A stretch of 64,000 bases of DNA from positions 197,425 to 261,424 of IMG/VR virus record IMGVR_UViG_3300013212_000088, one strand, 5' to 3'. This stretch comes from a virus (Duplodnaviria; Caudoviricetes). Below the pieces are notes generated by a model. It ran no database searches. It was not told the DNA's origin and worked only from the letters and a program-made list of their open reading frames with translations. Below, piece by piece: positions 57,722 to 64,000 of this stretch (position 1 is the stretch's first letter; every line of letters begins with the position of its first letter). The position numbers and the translations under genes were made by a program.

Positions 57722-58663
57722 TTATGTCTCTAATGATAATTGTTTATCTTCTTGCTTAGTATTGTCTAAAATAAAAGCTTCAATTAATTCTGGAATCCTA
57801 TGAAAATCTAAATAAGATATCACCAACAATGGAATGCATCTCTCAGTACACCATTCAATTTTTTTTGCATCCCTTAATTTATATAAAGTGAAATTCTTTA
57901 TATTCAATTCCATATCCTTGCTTCGATTAACTTGAATATAATGCTGCTTGCCATTTAACTCAATAGCATACTTTTTGCCATCCAAAAAAACCATAAAATC
58001 AATCTTTAATACATTTGTTAATTTCAATGAAGGATCTGTAAATTGTGGAGTGTAGCTGTAACCATTATCAGTCAAATAACTCTCAGCTAAAATCTCGGCC
58101 TTACTTCTACAGCAATAAGGACATCCAATAGGTCTAGTAAGGTGTATATGAGCTTGTGCAAAACTATCAAAATACTTACCACAAAGAGTGCATAAAATAT
58201 TCTCAACTTTATGACCACCATCAATAAATTTAATGCCACTATAATCACAATGTCTATGTAATGGTTTTGCTCTTCTTATAAACTCAGACTTTTTTAATTT
58301 TTTTCTTGCAGCCTGTTCTATTCTGGCACAATCAAAACAACCATATTGAGTGTGGTTCTTAGCTGTCTGGTAAAAATATTTCTGACAAGCCTTACAAAAT
58401 ATAATTACATAAGTGTTGGCATTATAATAAACAGTATACTTATAATCATACTTATCACCATGAAATAATTTACTCTGTTTTATAAATATTGGAGTGTTTT
58501 TAAATTTTGGAGATTGTAATTCTTTCTCGGTTGGAAAATAATCTCTAGAGTAAACGAATTCTCTTAACTTATTCAACTTCTCAAAAAAATCAGTAGCATC
58601 AACATTAGGCACCATATGATTTATATTATGCAAAGGTACTGGTCTTAAATCAGCAAATTTCAT
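57722..58663 (-). CDS. homing-type endonuclease with repeated zinc-binding units (DUF723-like)
   Basis: HGDKYDY..., CKAC, CFDC, CTLC, CPYC; IDFMV...IELNGKQHY. Confidence 0.75.
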   Translation of the reverse strand: MKFADLRPVPLHNINHMVPNVDATDFFEKLNKLREFVYSRDYFPTEKELQSPKFKNTPIFIKQSKLFHGDKYDYKYTVYYNANTYVIIFCKACQKYFYQTAKNHTQYGCFDCARIEQAARKKLKKSEFIRRAKPLHRHCDYSGIKFIDGGHKVENILCTLCGKYFDSFAQAHIHLTRPIGCPYCCRSKAEILAESYLTDNGYSYTPQFTDPSLKLTNVLKIDFMVFLDGKKYAIELNGKQHYIQVNRSKDMELNIKNFTLYKLRDAKKIEWCTERCIPLLVISYLDFHRIPELIEAFILDNTKQEDKQLSLET

Positions 58664-58741
58664 AAAAATATTCTAACATATACCCAGATAAAAAAGATAC
58701 CTAATTTTACAGAAAACGATAATTTTTTACTACCCCCTACC

Positions 58742-58975
58742 CTATCTCCCAAAATATTCAGACACAACACACCTCTCACATTCCAACATATTTCTATAAG
58801 GCATACCATAGTGATCTAAAGCAACAGAATAAATCTCTAACCAATAATCAACACCATCAAATAATAAACAATAATCAAAATCAATGTTGCCAAAGTTTAT
58901 AGGACAATCTTTACTAACAGATATAGATAAAACATAATCCAAAAACTCACTAACAAAAACACTTAAACCTGACAT
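58742..58975 (-). CDS. hypothetical protein
   Basis: 77 aa, GGGGAG SD. Confidence 0.5.
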   Translation of the reverse strand: MSGLSVFVSEFLDYVLSISVSKDCPINFGNIDFDYCLLFDGVDYWLEIYSVALDHYGMPYRNMLECERCVVSEYFGR

Positions 58976-59086
58976 AAAATAATCTCCCCATATACTCTGA
59001 GATAAAATGCAGCTGAACGATGAAATAACAACATATACAAAGATATATTACACACAAAACTTCTCAGCTACAATTATCTCAGAAAC

Positions 59087-59184
59087 TCTCCCAAAATAAT
59101 CTCACAAAAGAATTAATTAAAAAACTAAAACATATACAAAAATACTTAAAAGATATATATAGCTTTTGTGAGAGTTTTGGGAGA
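59087..59184. repeat. long imperfect inverted repeat around a 52-nt AT-rich loop
   Basis: TCTCCCAAAA-TAA-TCTCACAAAAG ... CTTTTGTGAGA-G-TTTTGGGAGA. Confidence 0.8.
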
Positions 59185-59697
59185 ATGATAAAGGGGAGAA
59201 AATTATACCCACATACCTAGATAAAAAAGATACCTAATTTCTGGGAAAACGATAAAAATATAAGCCCCCCCCCTATGATCTCTGGGAAAAAATGTGGGGG
59301 AAGATGGATTTACACTGTGGGGGAAAATTGGGGGAAAAGTGGATTTCGATAGGGGAGGGTATGGACGAAAATTTCTGGCCCACGCAACACTCTTCCTTAT
59401 GGTACCTAAATGTCAAAGTACCCCCCCCTATCAGTGTTTATATATATTAGAGACAATACATTACATATATATTGTTATAGATGCTAAACTATTATGCTTA
59501 TCATTTTTAACTAGAGGAATACATAGCTTATCTCTTATCTGCATTGTTTTTTAATACCATATAGATAAATACAAATAGCCACATCATTACACATAGCATT
59601 AATGTATTCAGGAGTATGTTAGTAATAGATGGTGACATATCATTATTATACTTTTAATTACAAACGATAGCCTATTTATAATGGGATTTCAATTTCT

Positions 59698-59716
59698 AAA
59701 AAATCTATGATTTTTT
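59698..59716. promoter_or_regulatory. palindrome AAAAAATC-NNN-GATTTTTT copy 1
   Basis: seen five times between 59698 and 63272. Confidence 0.75.
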
Positions 59717-59744
59717 AGGTTTTTATTTTCAATAATATTTTGGT

Positions 59745-59770
59745 TATCCCTTGACTTTTGCCAAGGGATA
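59745..59770 (-). terminator. hairpin of the ATCCCTTG..CAAGGGAT family
   Basis: TATCCCTTG-N8-CAAGGGATA. Confidence 0.65.
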
Positions 59771-59777
59771 TGATAGG

Positions 59778-59984
59778 TCAATAACCGAGAATAACTCTTA
59801 CTGTTTTGTACTCGGTGCTGATTTCATAAAGGTGAGTATCCTTGCCAGTAATATCTGCTATTGCTTTTAACGCTTCTTCAAGGTTTGCAGATGAAGAAAA
59901 TTTGGTTATTGGAAATGAATCCCAATAGAAATTACCATAGTCAACAAGTAGGCTAAAGCCCTCTAGGTTTGTAGTGTTTTTCAT
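59778..59984 (-). CDS. small early-type hypothetical protein
   Basis: 68 aa; GCTGTAATAT-N6-ATG upstream. Confidence 0.6.
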   Translation of the reverse strand: MKNTTNLEGFSLLVDYGNFYWDSFPITKFSSSANLEEALKAIADITGKDTHLYEISTEYKTVRVILGY

Positions 59985-60110
59985 ACAGTTATATTACAGC
60001 ATAACACAGCCCTATGCCACAAATAATATATTGATGGCTCTATGTTTTAATTTTTGATAATATTTTTTAAAAGTATGGCGAAGCCCTTGTTTTGGCTGTA
60101 ATATATAGAC

Positions 60111-60575
60111 ATGGAAAACACTACTATGCAACTCTGGGAAGTCAAGGGCTTCCAATCCTCGTCGGTCAAGACTCTGTTCATCGGTAAGACAGCCAACGGT
60201 CAAGATTGTATTGGATGCGCTTGGGACGCATACACAACCTACATCTACGCCTATGAAGGTATCGTAGACACCTTCCTGTACTACATGGAAAAATTCAACT
60301 CTGTTGGAAAGGCTATGTCCGCAACCAAGTTGCGTGATGGTATGCAAAACCAAACATACTACTCGCCTTACTGGGCTACTATGCCTAGCAAGGTTCATAA
60401 CCAACTCTATCGCTTTAGCCGATATGACATGGTTCGTCATATGTCAAACATCGTGGTTCATCAAAACGTGTGCTTTGATACTCCTGAGAATGCAATCAAG
60501 AATCTCATCTCAAGCGGTGATATTGAAGCAGAACGAAGCCGCTTAGTAGACTGTATGGCAAGACGGATAGGCTAA
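60111..60575 (+). CDS. early-type hypothetical protein
   Basis: 154 aa; GCTGTAATAT-N6-ATG upstream. Confidence 0.65.
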   Translation: MENTTMQLWEVKGFQSSSVKTLFIGKTANGQDCIGCAWDAYTTYIYAYEGIVDTFLYYMEKFNSVGKAMSATKLRDGMQNQTYYSPYWATMPSKVHNQLYRFSRYDMVRHMSNIVVHQNVCFDTPENAIKNLISSGDIEAERSRLVDCMARRIG

Positions 60576-60581
60576 CCGCTA

Positions 60582-60613
60582 CCACATCCCTTGGCGAGAG
60601 TCAAGGGATGTGG
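60582..60613 (+). terminator. hairpin of the ATCCCTTG..CAAGGGAT family
   Basis: CCACATCCCTTG-N8-CAAGGGATGTGG. Confidence 0.65.
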
Positions 60614-60638
60614 GAAATATTATTGAAAATAAAAAGCT

Positions 60639-60657
60639 AAAAAATCTACGATTTTTT
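60639..60657. promoter_or_regulatory. palindrome copy 2
   Basis: AAAAAATC-TAC-GATTTTTT. Confidence 0.75.
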
Positions 60658-60680
60658 TATAAATTAATTTTGCATAATAA

Positions 60681-60707
60681 TTCCTCCCCTGCAAAGCAGG
60701 GGAGGAA
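60681..60707. terminator. GC-rich hairpin
   Basis: TTCCTCCCCTGC-AAA-GCAGGGGAGGAA. Confidence 0.6.
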
Positions 60708-60736
60708 GGGTGTGAACTATCTCACATAGAAATATG

Positions 60737-60764
60737 TTGTAAGCCTGTTCCCAGATGATATACT
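60737..60764 (+). promoter_or_regulatory. sigma70-type promoter, leaderless
   Basis: TTGTAA-N16-TATACT with extended TG; ATG 6 nt downstream. Confidence 0.7.
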
Positions 60765-60770
60765 ATAGCC

Positions 60771-60971
60771 ATGAACACTACAGACAAGGTAATCGTAAAG
60801 TTTCGGTTCCGTACTCCTCGCATGGTTTATTCGGTCTACTTCAATGGTATGTTGCTTACCTCTGGGTATGATGCACAACAGTTGGGTGAAGACTATTCCC
60901 GTAAGTATGGCGTAGAATGGTTGTTGCAGGATGGCGACAAGTTTTATTCACAGAAAGGTCTCGTCAAGTAA
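60771..60971 (+). CDS. small hypothetical protein
   Basis: 66 aa. Confidence 0.6.
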   Translation: MNTTDKVIVKFRFRTPRMVYSVYFNGMLLTSGYDAQQLGEDYSRKYGVEWLLQDGDKFYSQKGLVK

Positions 60972-61210
60972 TGGCACACTTTTATCTTAATCAGGGTGGA
61001 ACACGTTGGGTAACAGACAGCAAGATTCTAGTTACAGGAATCGCTAACGGCAAGCATTATCACAGGATGCGTAAGCCATTGTATTGGGAACAGTGTGGTA
61101 ACTTTGTCCGCTGTTGTGTAAAGGTTGGGAGTTCTGTTTACCTTGGCGCAACTTACGACAGGGACGGTGTTACTACTTTGGATATCATGAAGTGTGGAAG
61201 GATAAGATAA
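60971..61210 (+). CDS. small hypothetical protein
   Basis: MAHFYLNQGG; TAATG coupling. Confidence 0.55.
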   Translation: MAHFYLNQGGTRWVTDSKILVTGIANGKHYHRMRKPLYWEQCGNFVRCCVKVGSSVYLGATYDRDGVTTLDIMKCGRIR

Positions 61211-61437
61211 TGTCAAACTGGACTAAAGGTTTCATCTGTGTAGCAATTGCATCCCATGCTTTTTTGTTTGTAATCTTGTTTGGTTGCAAGTTAGGAGATG
61301 CGTTCTATATCTCTGGCGTTGACTTGTTTGGTATGGTAATGTCATCTGCTTGCTCCTTGGTTTATATTCCTGCAATCTTGGTGTCTTATGATTCGGATAA
61401 GACACGAAAGAAACTTGATGAACAATTACAGGCATAA
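61210..61437 (+). CDS. small two-helix membrane protein
   Basis: MSNWTKGFICVAIASHAFLFVILFG; TAATG coupling. Confidence 0.55.
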   Translation: MSNWTKGFICVAIASHAFLFVILFGCKLGDAFYISGVDLFGMVMSSACSLVYIPAILVSYDSDKTRKKLDEQLQA

Positions 61438-61663
61438 GGCTCTCTCTCTTTGGTCGGCTTTGCTGGCTGAAGAGAGAGAGCATAAGTTTGAAAGCACCAA
61501 TTGTAAACCATCATGTAAAGGGTGGAATGGTTGGGCACCTTATTGCGAGTGTTTTGAGAATCATTGCACATTCGTTCCTAAAGGTAATATTGATGATATG
61601 GAATTGGTTATTATTGCAAAACCAATTGATGAAGTCTTAAGGAATATACAGGTCATTCCTTAA
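61388..61663 (+). CDS. small Cys-rich hypothetical protein
   Basis: CKPSCKGW...CECFENHC; start uncertain. Confidence 0.5.
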   Translation: MIRIRHERNLMNNYRHKALSLWSALLAEEREHKFESTNCKPSCKGWNGWAPYCECFENHCTFVPKGNIDDMELVIIAKPIDEVLRNIQVIP

Positions 61664-61666
61664 GAT

Positions 61667-61708
61667 AAACCCTCCCAGTTTAGTAGTGTTTGCTGGGAGG
61701 GTTTTTTA
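61667..61708 (+). terminator. intrinsic terminator
   Basis: AAACCCTCCCAG ... CTGGGAGGGTTT plus T-run. Confidence 0.7.
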
Positions 61709-61727
61709 TTATCAGTATTTAATTCCT

Positions 61728-61746
61728 AAAAAATCGTAGATTTTTT
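61728..61746. promoter_or_regulatory. palindrome copy 3
   Basis: AAAAAATC-GTA-GATTTTTT. Confidence 0.75.
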
Positions 61747-61772
61747 TATAATTTTATTTTTGATAATAAAAG

Positions 61773-61803
61773 CCCATCCCCTTGACAAAGTCAAGGGGAT
61801 GGG
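61773..61803 (-). terminator. hairpin of the ATCCC(C)TTG..CAAGGG(G)AT family
   Basis: CCCATCCCCTTGAC-AAA-GTCAAGGGGATGGG. Confidence 0.7.
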
Positions 61804-61814
61804 GAGAAGACTTA

Positions 61815-61979
61815 TCAGTCCTCTCCTTCACTATCATCATTTACATCTGCCCATTTGTCTTCACAATCTGGTTCAACATCAAATTGTTCATCCAGTTCTT
61901 CATCTGTCATATAATCCATTGGGTCAACGTCAACACTAGGGAAGATTCTTGCTTCCAATTCTGCTTCAAGATAATCCAT
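61815..61979 (-). CDS. 54-aa extremely acidic peptide (not in ORF track)
   Basis: GGAG SD; MDYLEAELEARIFPSVDVDPMDYMTDEELDEQFDVEPDCEDKWADVNDDSEGED; 23 D/E versus 2 K/R. Confidence 0.7.
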   Translation of the reverse strand: MDYLEAELEARIFPSVDVDPMDYMTDEELDEQFDVEPDCEDKWADVNDDSEGED

Positions 61980-62062
61980 AACTATTCTCCATTACATACA
62001 TCTTACAGCATAGTCAAAAGAAAAACAAGAAGAATCTGTAAAATAAATATATTGTTTTGCCC

Positions 62063-62090
62063 TTGTAATCGCCCATTGTTTTGATATAAT
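62063..62090 (+). promoter_or_regulatory. sigma70-type promoter
   Basis: TTGTAA-N16-TATAAT with extended TG. Confidence 0.7.
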
Positions 62091-62111
62091 AATGCTGTAA
62101 GGAACAAAGAC

Positions 62112-62324
62112 ATGGAAATCAAAGATTACGACAAAGATAGATCCACAGTTCTCAACGCATTGTACTGTAGTGTAAAGTCTGCATTGGAAATGAACTATGT
62201 ATCGGAAACCTGCAAGTTACACTGGATTGCAGATGACTTCAAAGTTGCAAAAGATAAGTTGGAAAAGATTGAAGAAGAGATGAGAGTTTTGCTTGGAGAC
62301 CCGTTTGCTGAGGAGGAGAAGTAA
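62112..62324 (+). CDS. small hypothetical protein
   Basis: 70 aa; AAGGA SD. Confidence 0.6.
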   Translation: MEIKDYDKDRSTVLNALYCSVKSALEMNYVSETCKLHWIADDFKVAKDKLEKIEEEMRVLLGDPFAEEEK

Positions 62325-62413
62325 TGGAAAGCATTGTGATGTCAACTCTAGTAACTTTGGGCTTGTTGTCAATCGTTTTCGGTATCATATCAGTAAAGGT
62401 TGAGGTAAAGTAA
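62324..62413 (+). CDS. 29-aa single-helix membrane peptide (not in ORF track)
   Basis: MESIVMSTLVTLGLLSIVFGIISVKVEVK; TAATG overlaps at both ends; GGAGG SD. Confidence 0.6.
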   Translation: MESIVMSTLVTLGLLSIVFGIISVKVEVK

Positions 62414-62673
62414 TGGCAGTAGAAATTATTGGTTATTGGAACGCTTCTTACATTTTTGAAAGTATTGAGTTGGGCGATGATGAACAGGAACAGTTTTTGG
62501 AAAAGTTCACTACAGGTGATACTAATACTGCTTTGACATTAGTTTCCAGACACAAGTTCTTTACAATGTTGAAAGACTTTGTGAAGGATCTTACTGATCA
62601 GGAACCACAAGAAGCAGTACAGATGGTTCAATACTGGTATCCCGAGGCCAAGTATGTGAATGTAGAAGCATAA
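62413..62673 (+). CDS. small hypothetical protein
   Basis: 86 aa; GAGG SD. Confidence 0.6.
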   Translation: MAVEIIGYWNASYIFESIELGDDEQEQFLEKFTTGDTNTALTLVSRHKFFTMLKDFVKDLTDQEPQEAVQMVQYWYPEAKYVNVEA

Positions 62674-62710
62674 AAAGAAAGGGAGGGCGAAAGCCCTCCC
62701 TTTCTTTTTT
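62672..62710 (+). terminator. intrinsic terminator
   Basis: AAAAAGAAAGGGAGGGC-GAAA-GCCCTCCCTTTCTTTTT. Confidence 0.85.
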
Positions 62711-62745
62711 GATCCTAAGCTTTTTATTATTGATTTTCAATTTCT

Positions 62746-62764
62746 AAAAAATCTATGATTTTTT
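62746..62764. promoter_or_regulatory. palindrome copy 4
   Basis: AAAAAATC-TAT-GATTTTTT within an approximately 57-bp near-copy of the copy 1 spacer. Confidence 0.75.
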
Positions 62765-62779
62765 TAGGTTTTTATTTTG

Positions 62780-62807
62780 AATAATATTTTTGCATACCTA
62801 TATTTAT
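62780..62807 (+). promoter_or_regulatory. sigma70-type promoter
   Basis: TTGCAT-N16-TATAAT with extended TG. Confidence 0.7.
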
Positions 62808-62841
62808 TTGATATAATAAGACATCACTGAAGGAGATAGCA

Positions 62842-63201
62842 ATGGCTACAAAAACTGGTTTGACAACGATGGATGCGGTAGTAAAGTTGATGGAATTCAA
62901 CAAGCTTTACAACACAATTGTCACTACTTCTGTCAATGAGAAGAACAATCTTACTCAAGCAGAATGGGCATTGGAAGATGCAAAGTTTGAAATTCTGCGT
63001 ACAGTTGATGTCAAGGAATTGGGTTCTAATTCTGAACAGCGTGAAGCAAAACTCGCTGGTATGCTTGCAGAACAGGTGAAGGCTGTGCGGTCTATAACTC
63101 TTCGTTATGAATTGATAAAGGCAGAAGAGCAAAAGTGCCGTGCTAATCTAGAATTTGCAAAGCACTTGGTTCGTGCTTCCGAATCCTTGATGGAAGCCTA
63201 A
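62842..63201 (+). CDS. coiled-coil hypothetical protein
   Basis: 119 aa; AAGGAG SD. Confidence 0.65.
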   Translation: MATKTGLTTMDAVVKLMEFNKLYNTIVTTSVNEKNNLTQAEWALEDAKFEILRTVDVKELGSNSEQREAKLAGMLAEQVKAVRSITLRYELIKAEEQKCRANLEFAKHLVRASESLMEA

Positions 63202-63205
63202 AACC

Positions 63206-63232
63206 AAAAGGAGGGCGAAAGCCCTCCTTTTT
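63206..63232 (+). terminator. intrinsic terminator
   Basis: AAAAGGAGGGC-GAAA-GCCCTCCTTTT. Confidence 0.85.
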
Positions 63233-63253
63233 ATTATTGAAAATTAAAGCCTT

Positions 63254-63272
63254 AAAAAATCGTAGATTTTTT
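63254..63272. promoter_or_regulatory. palindrome copy 5
   Basis: AAAAAATC-GTA-GATTTTTT. Confidence 0.75.
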
Positions 63273-63303
63273 AGCAATTTAAATTACATAATAAAATGTC
63301 AAG

Positions 63304-63331
63304 AAAATACCCCATTACTGGGGTATTTTTT
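63304..63331 (-). terminator. terminator of the minus-strand operon
   Basis: AAAATACCCCA-TTAC-TGGGGTATTTT. Confidence 0.7.
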
Positions 63332-63603
63332 TAATCCATTATGTTGGCTAGTCGGTCTTCCTTGGTTTTGATATGACCTGAGAACCAACCATTGCGTTTT
63401 GGCTCTGCATTTTCTGCCTGAGTAACAAGAGATAGTTGATGCTTGTAAACCTCTTCCAATGCAGAGATTTGGGTGGCTACTTGATTTGCCACCTTTGCAT
63501 CATGACGCAATAGGTCAATCTGGATGTCCTTAAGAGCGACAATCTGATGACGAGTTGAGAGCAAAATCTCACGAAGCCTATCCGAATTTCTAGCTGATTT
63601 CAT
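63331..63603 (-). CDS. hypothetical protein
   Basis: 90 aa; GGAG SD. Confidence 0.6.
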   Translation of the reverse strand: MKSARNSDRLREILLSTRHQIVALKDIQIDLLRHDAKVANQVATQISALEEVYKHQLSLVTQAENAEPKRNGWFSGHIKTKEDRLANIMD

Positions 63604-63605
63604 AA

Positions 63606-63998
63606 TTATACTCCTACCAATTTCATATGAATCTCTGCGTTCTCAAACTCTGTGCTTGGGGTATTGGTCTCTGTCAAGAACCCAACCCCCACTTTGTAAA
63701 TATAACCCTTGATGTTTGGTGTGTCTTCAAGGTTGTCACAATACTCGGCAACTTCTTCATCAATCACATTCTCAAAGTTGTTGAACCGAGTGTTGAACTG
63801 CTCAATAATACCATCCCCAACATAAAAGAAGACCAATGGTCTGATGTCAGAGAAGGCAATGAACTCTTTACCATTGAAGAATGTGCCTTGCCCAACAAAG
63901 CCTTCTTCCATGTACTGCTCATAAACGTCTGGCTTGCCTTCCGAAAAGAAAGGTCTCAACTCTACAGTGAGAGACATTGGTTGTGAAACTGTTTGCAT
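63606..63998 (-). CDS. hypothetical protein
   Basis: 130 aa; start at the window edge. Confidence 0.55.
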   Translation of the reverse strand: MQTVSQPMSLTVELRPFFSEGKPDVYEQYMEEGFVGQGTFFNGKEFIAFSDIRPLVFFYVGDGIIEQFNTRFNNFENVIDEEVAEYCDNLEDTPNIKGYIYKVGVGFLTETNTPSTEFENAEIHMKLVGV

Positions 63999-64000
63999 AT

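Larger units (their letters stand above)
58680..59255 (+). repeat. 43-bp direct repeat pair (58680-58722 and 59213-59255)
   Basis: ATACCYAGATAAAAAAGATACCTAATTT....GAAAACGATAA, 38/43 identical by manual count. Confidence 0.85.

Noticed and set aside
59294-59554. 86-aa ORF over the G-tract region
   Set aside because: Low-complexity translation of G-runs with no SD; more likely non-coding.
57430-59780. tRNA or other structured ncRNA genes in the long intergenic stretches
   Set aside because: No cloverleaf, T-loop GTTC(G/A)A or CCA pattern recognised by eye; tRNAscan-SE and Infernal would be needed to exclude them.
59698-63272. CRISPR array
   Set aside because: Repeats are 0.5-1.1 kb apart, occur in both orientations and enclose whole genes; no cas genes are present.
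1-64000. Stop-codon reassignment (alternative genetic code)
   Set aside because: Conserved enzymes (NrdA, DnaE, RecJ, DnaB) are full length in the standard code and gene packing is dense.

Overview
AT-rich segment of a large (jumbo-type) tailed phage genome; no rRNA, tRNA or CRISPR array was recognised. Nt 647-27002 are almost all minus-strand and form a nucleotide-metabolism and replication module: dUTPase, class Ia RNR, deaminase, SpoVS-like protein, a sigma factor with inserted zinc fingers, RecJ, a split DnaG primase, RecA, SSB, DnaE, DnaB, a DnaC-like loader, a Ycf46-like ATPase, and SbcD flanked by a fragmented SbcC. Nt 27023-57428 are mostly plus-strand putative virion or late genes mixed with accessory genes: glycosyltransferases, a 2OG-Fe(II) oxygenase, Fic, RmlC, a host-like pilin-family gene, a J-domain protein and a c-type cytochrome. 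At least 11 otherwise unrelated proteins here carry one of two shared N-terminal leaders, usually ending in K/R-x-A. This is the strongest candidate for an undescribed system (capsid-targeting and processing tags for cargo proteins). About 58.7-59.7 kb is a structured, largely non-coding region (origin or terminus candidate). Nt 59.7-64 kb hold small early-type genes separated by a conserved hairpin-plus-palindrome spacer that occurs five times. The pilin-family gene points to an Armatimonadota/PVC-like host (inference). All functional calls come from motif recognition by eye; no searches were run.
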